A stretch of 62,912 nt of DNA, the filler included, from Octopus bimaculoides (lineage: Eukaryota), in NCBI RefSeq assembly GCF_001194135.2. It is 4 parts of 4 records of this genome, joined end to end, with 100 filler letters (N's around TTAATTAATTAA, not from the genome) between each part and the next. Parts side by side here need not be neighbours in the genome. Positions count along the whole stretch, not along the records: positions 22,795 to 53,866 come from NC_068992.1; 3 more parts are not named here. One strand, 5' to 3'. The translations under genes were made by a program, and so were the position numbers. Numbering within the stretch: position 1 is the first letter of the stretch; the number at the start of each line of letters is the position of its first letter. This document shows, piece by piece, positions 26,121-39,473 of this stretch. The notes under the pieces were generated by a model. The model was not told where the DNA came from. It made no database searches and was given only the letters and a program-made list of their open reading frames with translations.

Positions 26121-27799
26121 AAACATGGTCTTTCCCCTCTTCAAAGAAACGATTCCTTTTAACATCAAAACAGAAAATAAATATGTTTTGATCATCAAAT
26201 CGAAACGAAAAACATCGCCCATTCTCTTTTATTTAATCAAAATGATATACAAGTGATAAACTAAAGCTTTTTCAAATCATTGATTCAGTTGTGGATGAAG
26301 GCCTCTTTGAGTAAAAATATATGGCATCATGGTCGCTCGAAGTTATGTTAAGAGTATTCTGCTAAAATATTATTATTTTAATAGAGTTTAAATATAATTA
26401 TTTTAATAGTCCAAAGTGTCCGTACATCATTTTAATTGCCTCAATGATTCAAGCGAGGATTTTATATTAATCAGAATTAAATGATTGTAGTTAGAAGACT
26501 CTCAGATATCAAGACTCAATCTTCTGCATTGCAGAGACAAGTCGATATTTATCTAAGTGCTACAGGGAAAGTAGTCTGCACACTTCAAAATAAATTGGAA
26601 AACACGTGTAGCAAATGAACCGAGTATTAGTCTTATTTGACAGAGGGCTGTTCAGATTTTCAAACTTCAAAATTATATATTTTTACAGTTTATTTTCGTA
26701 GTAGACTTGTTTATTTGTCACATTTGCCCACATATTTCTTTTAAATTAGTTTCATTTGTTCATTATCAATAAAGAATAATATTTGCACATGTAAAAAGAA
26801 CTAATGGAAAATCCCTAAATTGCACTTTCTGCATAATTATGGAGAATTTAATTGCAAAGGGAGAAATTTAATTGCATATTTCACATATTTTATAACCCTA
26901 CTTAATTAACGATTCTTGGTGTTTATGGGCGTTTTAATTCATTTTAACATTTCTACCCAAATCCCTATCAAAAAATAACAAAAATCATGAGTAGAATTGC
27001 ATCTAAGTTTTAAAGCTCAAATCCGACTGCACATTTACTCCAATGCATAAATTATTACTGCATTTCACAGTTAAGATATAGTTTAAATTCAATCTGGATT
27101 TTTGATGTTGTTGTTTTGCCTTTTCTTTAAATTTTAAATCGATGCGTTAAATAATTACTGGCATTAATGTGTATTCACAGTGTCATAGACAGTCCGCAAT
27201 TTACATATCCTGATTCACAGAACCGAAATCTATTGTTCTTTAATTTATATTATGTAATCTAAATTAACATGGATAGGTAGTTACAAAATTAATCTCGAAG
27301 ACACAGAATCGCGAGATCGATTACACCATGGAAAATTTTGATCACCTGTAGTTACCATAGTGTCGTGTTATGTTTGAGCACATTCACAACCATGCTTGTC
27401 AGATTGATATAATTCAAATGTTCGTTTTTTCACCTCTGTGTCATGCTGATTTTACCTGCAATTTGCATTAATATACACGTGTCTATCGAATATTGCACCA
27501 CATCCTTCCCTACTTGAATAAATTGTGGAGTTGAAAGAAAATTGCTTAAGAATTGGATGCCTATGCATGAAAATTAATATTTAAGTCCGTCATGACATCA
27601 TTCATTAACAGAATGACCATCACCATCTCCAGCGTCACCCCCATTATACTGAAAATAACCATCACTATCATCATTATAATTAATTAATAAATATAAACAC
27701 AAAAGACAATAATTTGTCTTGCTAATATGAAACCCCAAACAACCTTGAGGAAATCCATTGAAGTATGTCGTGTTGAATATGCTATCAGTATTATGTAAC

Positions 27800-27953
27800 A
27801 TGCAATATTCTTTACATTATTTACATTCGACGGATATTTGTCCTCATCTTGTTTGTTGTTAACACAACGTTTCGGATGATATACCCTCCAGCCTTTTTCA
27901 GATGTCTTGGGGAAATTTCGAACCTGGGTTCTCATTCCTAAGGTCTTTTCCGA

Positions 27954-27994
<41 letters not shown>

Positions 27995-27995
27995 G
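27800..27995 (-). mobile_element. PLE pLTR-like repeat with decayed minimal hammerhead (27862-27906)
   Basis: Minus strand acat-CTGAAAA-a-ggctg..catcc-GAAA-cgtt-gtgt; adjacent to (TAA)n. Confidence 0.55.
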
Positions 27996-28954
27996 TGTTC
28001 AGGTCAAGCATAGAGGACCATACTGACGAAAGTGTAAAGAATTCTNNNNNNNNNNCATAGAGGACCATACTGACGAAAGTGTAAAGAATTCTGGTAGTCG
28101 GACTACACCAGTGGGAACGTACTGCCTTCTACGTGACACGATCTTTTGCGTGCTATATCCGAGTTGTAAGTAATAAACTTACACATGTATATACATGCGT
28201 GTGTATGTGTGTGATTATGCGTGTGTGGGTGCACATGCATGAGTGTATGTATGCATCCAGGTGGATGTGGTTAATTTAGTTGTTTTCATTTCCAGTACAT
28301 CCAGTAAGTGCGTCTGTTTCAAATATGCGACAAATTTCTTTGACTTCAAATGAAGTATATTTATTTAATAGATGCAAGAAACGTCATCTGATAAGTGAGA
28401 CATTGTTATGAAGCCTACACTTCAGACGAGCAATTACGCCTCTATAAAAAATTAAATAGTATATCCTTGAATATTAAAGAAAATATTGAATTAGTTATAC
28501 GTTTTCGAAAACAACGTTTTACATTTACAACTTTCTCTGAAGATATAAAGTTTTGTGTATTTAAGATAACATCTATCAGTCTAGTTGGTAGTGAACTACA
28601 CACACAGATAATTGTCTATTAAGGTGAGATATAATTATAAACAAAGGTAACAAGAAATAACGGATAAATTAGTACTTTAAAGTTTAAGATGTACAATTTT
28701 CTTGCTAAATTCGTAATTTGATAACTTAGAATATTCTTGAAGAGTACTGATTCAAGATAAAGTTGTCGATAGAAGAATATTGAATACAATCATACTTACA
28801 CATATAAAATAACACGAGACGACATTACGGAAGATATATTGGTTCAAATTGCATTCAAACATCCAATCATCATATACATATGTATGCATACAGGCATACA
28901 TGCATATATACGTACACGCACACACGTACCGGAAGGAAAATATGTTTTTTTGAA

Positions 28955-29049
28955 ATGGTGTACGTAGTAAGCCTAGCCGATGAGCTTTCAGTTTTGGTTC
29001 CTCACAGAAAGCGAAATCGATTGATACTAGGATGACTATGCACCCATTT
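28955..29049 (+). ncRNA. Type I hammerhead ribozyme (U4C core variant)
   Basis: Stem I CCTAG 28972-76 / CTAGG 29027-31; core CCGATGA 28977-83; stem II GCTTTC / GAAAGC; GAAA 29013-16; stem III ATC-gatt-GAT; AUA cleavage triplet at 29024-26; stem I extends past an internal loop. Confidence 0.8.
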
Positions 29050-29216
29050 GCATTTTACTATTTGTATTTTGCAAGTGGTAGGACTTATTCGTAGAAATAT
29101 ATTTGTTATATTCTCCGTGCGTGTATATATATTAAGAGATACGTGGTTTTGCGGGAGGGGTTTAATTTCTCTTTCAAGCAAAGAGGCGCATATTATACCC
29201 TGACTATTTATTGTAT

Positions 29217-29303
29217 TGGCTGTGTGGTAAGTAGGTTGCTTACCAACTACATGGTTCCGGGTTCTGTCCCACTGCGTGGCAACATAGGCAAGTGTCTTAT
29301 ACT
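29217..29303 (+). mobile_element. SINE family A 5' head fragment
   Basis: ggctgtgtggtaagtaggttgcttacc...ggcaagtgtcttatactata. Confidence 0.8.
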
Positions 29304-29305
29304 AT

Positions 29306-29336
<31 letters not shown>

Positions 29337-29759
29337 NNNNNNNNNNNNNNNNNNNNNNNNNNNNNNNNNNNNNNNNNNNNNNNNNNNNNNNNNNNNNNNN
29401 NNNNNNNNNNNNNNNNNNNNNNNNNNNNNNNNNNNNNNNNNNNNNNNNNNNNNNNNNNNNNNNNNNNNNNNNNNNNNNNNNNNNNNNNNNNNNNNNNNNN
29501 NNNNNNNNNNNNNNNNNNNNNNNNNNNNNNNNNNNNNNNNNNNNNNNNNNNNNNNNNNNNNNNNNNNNNNNNNNNNNNNNNNNNNNNNNNNNNNNNNNNN
29601 NNNNNNNNNNNNNNNNNNNNNNNNNNNNNNNNNNNNNNNNNNNNNNNNNNNNNNNNNNNNNNNNNNNNNNNNNNNNNNNNNNNNNNNNNNNNNNNNNNNN
29701 NNNNNNNNNNNNNNNNNNNNNNNNNNNNNNNNNNNGAGAACGTTAGAGAGAGAGAGAGC

Positions 29760-29800
<41 letters not shown>

Positions 29801-30059
29801 TTATACAAAATGACTTTAGCAATTTAAATATCTGCAGGCCACATACCCTGGGAGGTTTGTTTTTTACGATCATCCGTCCGGCATGAAACACAGGGACAAA
29901 TCCTTTGAATTACGTAAACGATCTCCCCAGATAAAGTGGCATTACTGTTTCGAATCTGATTTTTAAGAAACTTCATGAAGAATGTTACATGTTAGTATTG
30001 TCTCCTCCCTGCCTAAATGTTTCAATTAGTTACAAGGTGCAAATTAAACAATCACCTAT

Positions 30060-30640
30060 CGTACACTGCATTGCCATAGCCCACCATATCCAAACTAAGA
30101 TCCATAAACCCAACTCCTTTAGAAATCACAAAGTGTTTTCTGAATAATTACATAGAAATTCTAAGAAGGCATATTCCGGATGCTGTCATTTCGATATAAG
30201 GACAATAGGTTTGATCCAATAGAATTGTAACACCATGGAAATCGAATGGTTTGGCTGCATTGAGAATAAAACGCTCGTAATTTCATTCAGCTCGATAATG
30301 TGGACTTCTATGCTTCACAAACGAAATCTCTGATCCTGAAAGCTCAAGATTTCTGTAGGCAAATTACCAAAATCATATCAGAAACGTCTTCTACGTTACA
30401 AAGTCATAATTGGATCACGATGATTTTTGCAGAGTAAATTTGGAAGGGACCTCGCTGCGTATCTCTAATGGGCAACAACAACGGTGAGGTGGCTGATTAA
30501 GTCGAGTTATTTACCCTGGATAAACTAGAAGGTAAGACAAGGAAAAACATCTGGTTTAACCCGTCAACCATCTCAGAAATTTCAAGTAACATAACCAGAA
30601 GTTTGCTAACACCAATCAAATATAAAAATTTCCCTATAAC
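30060..30640 (+). mobile_element. Penelope-like element RT remnant (YRDDG/IWFNP type) with internal deletion
   Basis: IEWFGCIENK, FIQLDNVDFYAS...LKAQDF (FIQFDIVDFYPS pattern), then IWFNP. Confidence 0.75.
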
Positions 30641-31449
30641 TCATGTATTATGGACACTTCATTACCGACATTGGTACAGTCGGAACCTCCTACTTAGGCA
30701 TTCTTTCAAATATCTCACGCTGCCGTAAATACAAAAGACAAGCCAAAATATTTTGCATTCTGTTCTCTGATGATCCCAGATGTATACCCGAGTTCAATGG
30801 GTTTCTTTACCTTGCTGTCTGTTCTCTTGTTTTCTTTTGTTCTGACTGATATTGACACACCATCAAGTTTATTTCACTTTTCTTGCGGTTGCGTTTCTAT
30901 TCTTATTCTATTATTTGGATGTCTTTTATTTCATTAGTATTATTTTTGTTATTATATACTGCCATTTTCATTTTTCATATTTTCCAGGTTATTGTTTTCT
31001 TATTTGTATTATTTCCAAATATCAATTATCATTGATATTTGAAAAAAAATTCAATATTCTGATTAGAGTTAGTAATCGTATTATTGATATGGCTATTTTA
31101 CAATCTCTTGTCTCCTCTTTCTACACTTTTATCTTGAGATAACCCGACAACGGTGTCTATAAGGACATATTTCCTGTCTTTGTGTTGTAATTTTGCCAAT
31201 GATGTCGTCTACATTAATTGCGCAATACAGCCATTCGATTCAAGTAATTTTTGGCGGTCGTCATTTTGGAAAAACGTGTACATTATATAATACATAAATG
31301 TCGATTAAGTTCTCTGTCTTCTTCCTCTCTCTCTCTCTCTCTCTGTCTGTCTCCCTCTCACACTTTCACAAACACGCACACACACAAACACTCTCACACA
31401 CACACTCTCCCTCTCTCTCTCACACACTCACACTCACACTCTCTCCCTC

Positions 31450-31493
<44 letters not shown>

Positions 31494-32757
31494 CCTATCT
31501 ATCTTTATCTATCTCTTTCACCTTCACGCTTTCTGTCTCAACACAACGCGCGGGCAAACTGACACAGACTTGTGTGTGTGTTTATGAGTGGATTTATTGA
31601 AAGAAGGATAAATATAAAGAGAGAAAGGGGGGAGAGAAAGACAGGTAGAGAGAAAGACAGACGGACAGACAGACAAAGAGATAGACAGGAAATAATTTGT
31701 ATCTCTTCATTCGTATTTGTTCTTGGAAACATAATCGATTAAAAATACGTGACTAAAGCATTTGGCTCTAACAAAAGATATAGCGTTAATAGCTACAAGA
31801 AATATTCACTGAAAAATGATTTCGTGTTAAGAGATGTTAATATCAGCATGGCTAAGACAATCTATAATTATAACTTAATTAAAAATTAACTAACGTATAC
31901 TTCAATTAAAAAAGAATGTTAAATTAATTATATATTTTCAAAAATTACGTTTTAAAGTAACGACTTAGAAAATTTTCGAAGTTTTAGAATTAAAAGGAAC
32001 ATCTGTCAGACTGGTATAATTGAACGGCAACACATAATTAAATGTACATTGAATATATTATTTTTAATAAGCGTTAAGTTTAATACTGCACATGTTGACG
32101 ATTCCTCGCCACAAGATAAGCAATTTTCTTCCTAGAGAATATAGTCGTTTGCAATGGATAATTCGAGAAAAGTGGCAACTGAATATTAAGGTACAACATA
32201 TATATAGTAGGCTGAATGAATGGTTGAATAAAAATGCATATTTAGTCGAGATGAATTTAATTAAGATCTCATTTTCAAATATAAATTCTGTGTATTGTCT
32301 TTTAAGTTTGGTATAGGCTCTTATTGTTCCGGTTCAAATAGACCTAACTTCCATGCAGGAAGTTATATATGTGATCGAATATCGGCATCTGTGTCCTGTA
32401 AATAGGAACTATATATATATANNNNNNNNNNNNNNNNNNNNNNNNNNNNNNNNNNNNNNNNNNNNNNNNNNNNNNNNNNNNNNNNNNNNNNNNNNNNNNN
32501 NNNNNNNNNNNNNNNNNNNNNNNNNNNNNNNNNNNNNNNNNNNNNNNNNNNNNNNNNNNNNNNNNNNNNNNNNNNNNNNNNNNNNNNNNNNNNNNNNNNN
32601 NNNNNNNNNNNNNNNNNNNNNNNNNNNNNNNNNNNNNNNNNNNNNNNNNNNNNNNNNNNNNNNNNNNNNNNNATATACTGGGAGAGAGAAAGGGAAAAAG
32701 ATAGACAAAAAGAAAGATAGACAGATAGAGTGATATACATATGCATATTAAATAAAA

Positions 32758-32797
<40 letters not shown>

Positions 32798-32802
32798 TTA
32801 TT

Positions 32803-33202
32803 CTTCTATTCTTATATTTGCTTCAGTCATTTGGCTGTGGCCATGCTGGAGCACCAACTTAGTCGAACAAATCGACCCTAGGACTTATTCTTTGTAAGCC
32901 TATTACCTATTCTATCTCAGTTTTGCCGAAACGCTATGTTACGGGGACGTAATACCACCAGCATCGGTCGTCAAGTGATAGGAGGACAAACACAGACACA
33001 CAAACGTATAAATACACACACACACACATATGTACATATACGACAGTCTTCTTTCAGTTTCCGTCTACCAAACCCAATCACAAGGTTTAGTCGACCCGAG
33101 GCCATAGTAGAAGACACTTACGCAAGGCGCCATGTAGTGGGGCTGAATCCAGAACCATGTGGTTGATAAGCAAGCGTCTTAGGATACAGCCACTCCCGCG
33201 CC
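32803..33202 (-). mobile_element. SINE family A, diverged but CpG-retaining
   Basis: Full architecture; many non-CpG substitutions while CpGs persist. Confidence 0.88.
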
Positions 33203-33206
33203 TATA

Positions 33207-33308
33207 TTCTTTTCTGTCGAAGAGCGTAGGCTCGACACTACAACGGCTTCTCCATTCTTTCCGAGCGTTAAACTAATACACCTGCTTCTTGTTCCTTTTC
33301 TTGTCTTC
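33207..33308 (+). mobile_element. Family P1 fragment with hammerhead-like motif
   Basis: CTGTCGA-a-GAGCgtagGCTC-GACA followed by gagcgttaaactaatacac. Confidence 0.5.
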
Positions 33309-33483
33309 GGTGCAGGAGTGGTTGTAGGGTAAGAAGCTTGTTTCCCATCCAAATGGTTCCAGGATCAGTCCCAGTGCGTGCCACCTTGGACAAGTGTCTT
33401 CTTCTATACCCTCGAGCCGTCCAAAAATTTGTCAGTGGATTTGGCGGACGGGAATTGAAAGAAGCCCTTCGCACATATATATG

Positions 33484-33528
<45 letters not shown>

Positions 33529-33726
33529 TTGTGTGTTTGTGTTTGACAACCGATGTTGGTGTGTTTATGTCCCCGTAACTTAGCGTTTCAGCAAAAGAGA
33601 CTGATAGAATAAGTACTAAGCTTCCGAAGAGTAAGTCCTGGGGTCGATGTTTTCCCCTAAAGGCGGTGCTCCAGCATGGCCGCAGTTAAATAATTGGAAC
33701 AAGTAGAAAAGTAAAGAGTAAAAGAG
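33309..33726 (+). mobile_element. SINE family A, full length
   Basis: ggtgcaggagtgg head through aaagagtaaaagag tail. Confidence 0.9.
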
Positions 33727-33989
33727 TATATATATANNNNNNNNNNNNNNNNNNNNNNNNNNNNNNNNNNNNNNNNNNNNNNNNNNNNNNNNNNNNNNNN
33801 NNNNNNNNNNNNNNNNNNNNNNNNNNNNNNNNNNNNNNNNNNNNNNNNNNNNNNNNNNNNNNNNNNNNNNNNNNNNNNNNNNNNNNNNNNNNNNNNNNNN
33901 NNNNNNNNNNNNNNNNNNNNNNNNNNNNNNNNNNNNNNNNNNNNNNNNNNNNNNNNNNNNNNNNNNNNNNNNNNNNNNNNNNATATATA

Positions 33990-34104
33990 TAGTTCAAATT
34001 TACAGAAGCAAAAGGCGAAAACAAGTGATGGTGTATTAGTTTAACGCTAAGTAAAAATGCAGAAGCATGTGACGTTTCGCGCCTACGTTCTTCGACAGAA
34101 AAGA

Positions 34105-34105
<1 letters not shown>
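33990..34105 (-). mobile_element. Family P1 fragment with hammerhead-like motif
   Basis: Minus strand CTGTCGA-a-gaacgtaggcgc-GAAA-cGTC; flanked by (TA)n on both sides. Confidence 0.5.
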
Positions 34106-34172
<67 letters not shown>

Positions 34173-34178
34173 ATATTA

Positions 34179-34230
34179 GTTGAATAAAGTCACAACATGA
34201 TCTGGTTTTCATGTTGTAACTTTATTTAGC
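34179..34230. other. Hairpin, 18-bp stem with 8-nt loop
   Basis: aataaagtcacaacatga / tcatgttgtaactttatt, 1 mismatch. Confidence 0.8.
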
Positions 34231-35569
34231 CGAATTATTATTATCTACACAATTACACAAATACGGAAAAAGATATATATTCGTATATACGTATATATAC
34301 AATTACCTTCATGAAGATCATAACTGTTATTATCGTACTCATATTTTATTAAATTGCATAAACTTCAATAACGTTACTAATTAGTGTGTAATATTTGGTT
34401 CTAGGCAAGCTACGTATTCTATGAATTAATCTCGGAGCCATTCATTCTAATAGCATTAATTCTTCAAACGCTCTCCAGAAAATATGCATAATTCCCCTTT
34501 GTATTTTATCTTTCTTCCTTTTTTGTTTTTTGTTTTTATAGGGTCACAGGATTCGTCATACAAATATCTACATCCTCTATACCGTTACCTATATCATTTT
34601 TTATTTAGTACTTTTCAGAATTTTCCCACTATTCATTGAAAATTACACATATATTGTTTACAGTCTTTCCTCTCGAACTTTCTGCAACGCGGGTAACTAC
34701 GTTGTATTTCTCTATTCTACAATAGCTTTTGAGGTACTTCTTCACACATGTGCCAAGTATCCAATTATGAGGATAGGCATCGCGAAATTTATTATTCCTT
34801 CATATATTTCACACCCATTGAGTGGACACTCCCACCCTTTTCATAATCAATAATTGTGAGTCATTTAATAATTAGTCATATTTTGTTAGATAGAGGGAAA
34901 CAGCTGAATCGATCACATTTCGATTGTGATATATACTGTGTTTCTACACAGCTTAACTATCTCACTTCGAAATAATTAAATTCCAGTCATTTGTACTCCT
35001 ACAGAAATTTGATAATTGTTTTATAATCATTTAGTCTTCATCACTGTGCAAACAGTCCTTTCATTATTATACCGGCTTTCAGTATACCTGTTCCACCGCA
35101 TGTATAAAATTAACAACATTCTCAAACAACCTTTTTTTAGATAATACTTAATTACTGGAAATACATATGGATGTTCCTTCTGAAAAACAATGTGTGGCGT
35201 AGATATAATGTGTTTAGAGTTAATATACTAACTAGAGTATCCAACGTTCGATTCTCATTATTTTCTGTCGCGTTAAAGTGTGATAATGCGCGCAGGTTAT
35301 ATGATGTGATAAACACACAATTTATCTTTAAATATTCTAGTTTTGACGCGCGTGATAATAGATTAGGGTTTGCTGGTTTACACATGCACGAAAACATACA
35401 TGTACACACGCATACAGACATACACACAGACGCTTCCACACATACACACATATACATATATATATATATATATANNNNNNNNNNNNNNNNNNNNNNNNNN
35501 NNNNNNNNNNNNNNNNNNNNNNNNNNNNNNNNNNNNNNNNNNNNNNNNNNNNNNNNNTATATGGACAGT

Positions 35570-35700
35570 TATATGATACAAAAAAGGGCAGAAAAAAGGG
35601 CGTTTCATTCGGAGCTTTCTATCGTCAGTTGAATTCCAGATCGTCGCTGCAGTTTCAGCAGGTTTCACTCGAGACTGCTCCAATCTGGCCGGCCCCAAGC
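35570..35700. repeat. Dispersed repeat family P2 (second copy 62305-62402)
   Basis: Shared gatacaaaaaagg.cag...cattcggagctttc..tcgtcagt...cactcgagactgct. Confidence 0.6.
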
Positions 35701-38428
35701 TAAGACCTATATCATGAGAACCGATACGCTAGCGTCTAGTTCGTAAGTTAAAAAAAGAATGTTTCTAACACAGAAGCTTTTGTAATTCCAGGCCCGTTGA
35801 TGAATATTCTAGAATACAATCGGAAGGCGAAGCTCAGAGAATTAATCGAGACTCACCTCAGATAAATTCAGAGATATATAGATTATATATAACTTATATA
35901 CATGTATTCAGTTGGGCGTATTCTCTTTAGTTCTGTATCTCTGCTAAATGAAAGTGACTGCGCAAAGCTTCCTATTTCTTTTATCCGCAAGAATTCAGTT
36001 CGAGACACAACTGCATATTTAAACGAAGGGATGACCTGTGAAGTTTAATGTAGTTCGTTAGTTTGTAACGACTATGCAGTAGATAAATGCAAATATTCCT
36101 TGTTATTCTTCTCACATACAGAAAAATAATGGATTTGACGCTAACGAGAATCACGGTTGCCATATCTGACAGAAATATTGTTATAGTTGTTCAATATATC
36201 CATAATTTCCGTAGCTCTATTCAACCTATGTTCAATATTCGTCGGTGTCCTTTGCTTTGCCAGTAGTTTTTATAATATTTAGCATTTTATTTCAACAGAC
36301 TTGTCCGTCGTTTTATGAAGAGATTTGGATTTCAGGTGTCATTTTGATATGCTTTTATTTCATAAGGATACGAACCGGTTATATCTTCACTTTATCTAGC
36401 TGTTTTATTGTTGGTTTTCATTTTGATGTGATATGTTTGATATTCAATCTTCATACGTTAATGTCATTTAATGCACAGAATCTCCGGCAGTCCTGTATAT
36501 GTTATTTTTCCATCTAAAATATTTGTTAGATTTACTCATGCATATTATTTTCATATACATGACCCTCCATAACTTATTCATAGTCAGTGTTTCAGAGAAT
36601 CCAGGTATATGGGAAACATATTACCGGTCTGTATTTTGTGAGAATGTATAGTATTTTTTTCTTTATTTTGTTCGTGAGGTGTGATCATGTTGTTTTTTCC
36701 GCTCTAATAACCAGCCGAATGTCACTTGTGTTCTTTTTTAATGCGTTAGCTTTATAATGTCTTCTTATATATTGGATTAACCATTTAACCATAAATTATG
36801 ACGAACGTATCACTTCTTAGATCATTGCTTTTACGTTGTTTATATGACTAAGCTCCTAACTGTATTTGCTGTGCTAAATTTGCGGTACTGAAATTTACAT
36901 TTTTCTTTCATTTACATTATCTGTCATTTCCCACACATTATAGATTTGTACATTTTAGTTTCACATGATCTGTGTGTAGGAAGATTTCATAACGTCGGAT
37001 ATTTTTACCAGTCTGATGTTCCTTTTATTGGTGTCTGGTCACATTATTTATTATACGTTTCTTATACTCTCATATCTTTCAAAGCATGTCTTCCATTATT
37101 TTATTTCTAAATTTTCATTTTTACTTGGTAGCATTTTCTTTTTTCTATTTTCATATTAGACTTCGCACTTCCGCATAAGCTAATGCAGGAATACAGTTTA
37201 CTTTCGTTCTTTTCAATATAATATTTTATATTTACTTACATATCACTTTTGTAGGTTTCGTTGTTTTTCTTTTTCTTTTTCTGTTTTTTTTTCTTCTTTT
37301 TTTATTCGTGAGAGTAGGTCAGATTATGAGCAACATACTTTTGTTTACCTAACATATCACCTGAGAAAATTATTTTTCATTTATTATTATGATTTGACAT
37401 TCGCTCTGTAAATATAATATGTCATCATGGATGTCTTTAACATTGGCTTTTATATCGTGATGTGTGTTCTTCAGTTTGGAAGAACTATACCATATTGAAA
37501 CACATTTTAGAATGTGTCACATCATTGTTTCTGCTAGATTATTTTAAAAACTTGACATTTGATTTTCTCGTTATGTGCTATTCTGATCCTCCTTGATATG
37601 AATATATTTAGTTTAGGAAGTGTATTCTATTGTCTTTTACTTGTTTACCGACACTTTTATTCAGTTCAAATTCATATAAACCATCAGATGTCGCGATAAT
37701 TAAAATGCATTTATTTATATATTTATTTACTTTTTAAGAGAAAAAAAATTATAAGAAGACCGCAATATATCTTACGTTCCCGATTCTAGGGCCCAATTTC
37801 AAATCTCAGCGTTATTTAAATGCTAATTCATATATTCAGATACGCGACTATATCTGACTATTGGAATCTTATTCACTGGTTCATATTTAATTCATTGTTT
37901 CCATGGCGAAATGTGTATTCTGTATTTATTCTCTCTTTATATCTGTCGTTGCTTTGTTGTCATGGTTTGTTCTTTTTTATACTTAGTCGGCTTTCTTGTA
38001 TTATTGTCATTGTATTATAAGGGTTTAACCATTGTATGTTTGGTCGTCTCCGCTTCGTTATTTTCTAAAAGTAGTGAGATTGTGTTATTTTCTGTAAACG
38101 TTTGGTTCTATTGTTATATTCATTGAGTTGTAAAAGGTTATATCCAATTATTTATATATAGCCAATGTTATATATTATTAAATATTATTAGTAATAGTAT
38201 TATTATCATTTATTTATTTATGTTCAATATATATTCGTCATTTATGTTAGCGTATTTCCGTTTCTGGGACATTCGTAATAATATTTGAAAAACTGCGTAC
38301 ACTCGTTAATATATCTCAATATACGTGTGATCTTTCTCTTCTTTCCTTTTCCTATATATCTCGCACATTGTTTTCTGTCGGTGCAGAATGTCCCTAAATA
38401 TCTGTGATTCAATTCTATAACATTCGAC

Positions 38429-38640
38429 GGCAGCGAGCCAGCAGAATCGTTAGTATGCGGACAAAATGCTCAGCGGAATTTGGTCCGTCCTTTGCTTTGT
38501 AAGTTCAAATTCCAACGAATTTCTAGATTTTGCCTTTTATACTTTCGATGTCGATACATTAACAGTCAAGCACTGGGTTCAATGTAATCGATTTTGCTAT
38601 TCTTTCGAAAACTGCTGGCCCTGAACCAAACTTTCAAGCT
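38429..38640 (+). mobile_element. SINE family B, old but CpG-retaining
   Basis: ggcagcgagccagcagaatcgttag...gttcaaattcc...gcactgggttcaatgtaatcgat. Confidence 0.78.
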
Positions 38641-39165
38641 ATTTCTATAACATTTAGATGTAAGCCATTAAGTTGGTGCAGAGGAGTACATGAATCCGTT
38701 AGTTTGAGAAACCACGTTGCAGGGAACATAAGACAAACCCCGTGACAGGGCACAAAATTCTACACACAGACCTGTGTATTACAATTGGATGACACATAAA
38801 CAAAAGTTGTGGCAAAACTTAAGTCCCTTGTAATCAGAAATTCACACCTATAGATCCCTTTAAGGTTCTGTGAAGCAATACTAAGATAACACGATATGAT
38901 GGCGTTACATTTCTCCAAATATCGATCGACGACCAAACTTTTCTGCGGTAATCTCTGTTACATTTTGTATTCTGAGTTCATATCTCATTACGTTTAGTTT
39001 TGAAGTTTATCCCTGTAGAGCCGCTAGAACGCAGAGCGAGTCATGAAGGGAAAATAATTTCATTGACTAACCACTAGGAGGCGAATATGTGGCAAGTAGA
39101 CTGAAGTATCAATACATTTAAAGATCTGTGTCTATTATATAACTTGTCTGTTATATTATTTGCAA

Positions 39166-39166
<1 letters not shown>

Positions 39167-39234
<68 letters not shown>

Positions 39235-39426
39235 CACCAGAAGCAGCAGAGTCAATTGTTACAGCTTAAATTCATGATGAATTATTTGATTTCGTTTGAG
39301 ATTGACTCGAAAATAACAGCAATAACGATGAAGGTGAATCTTACAAATATGCTTCTGCAACTGTTGATGAAGGGAAGGAAAATGATGATAATGATGGTGA
39401 TGATGATGATGATGATGATGATGATA

Positions 39427-39473
<47 letters not shown>

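Noticed and set aside
28009-28092. Exact 37-bp direct repeat catagaggaccatactgacgaaagtgtaaagaattct
   Set aside because: The two copies flank a 10-N gap, typical of unmerged contig overlap
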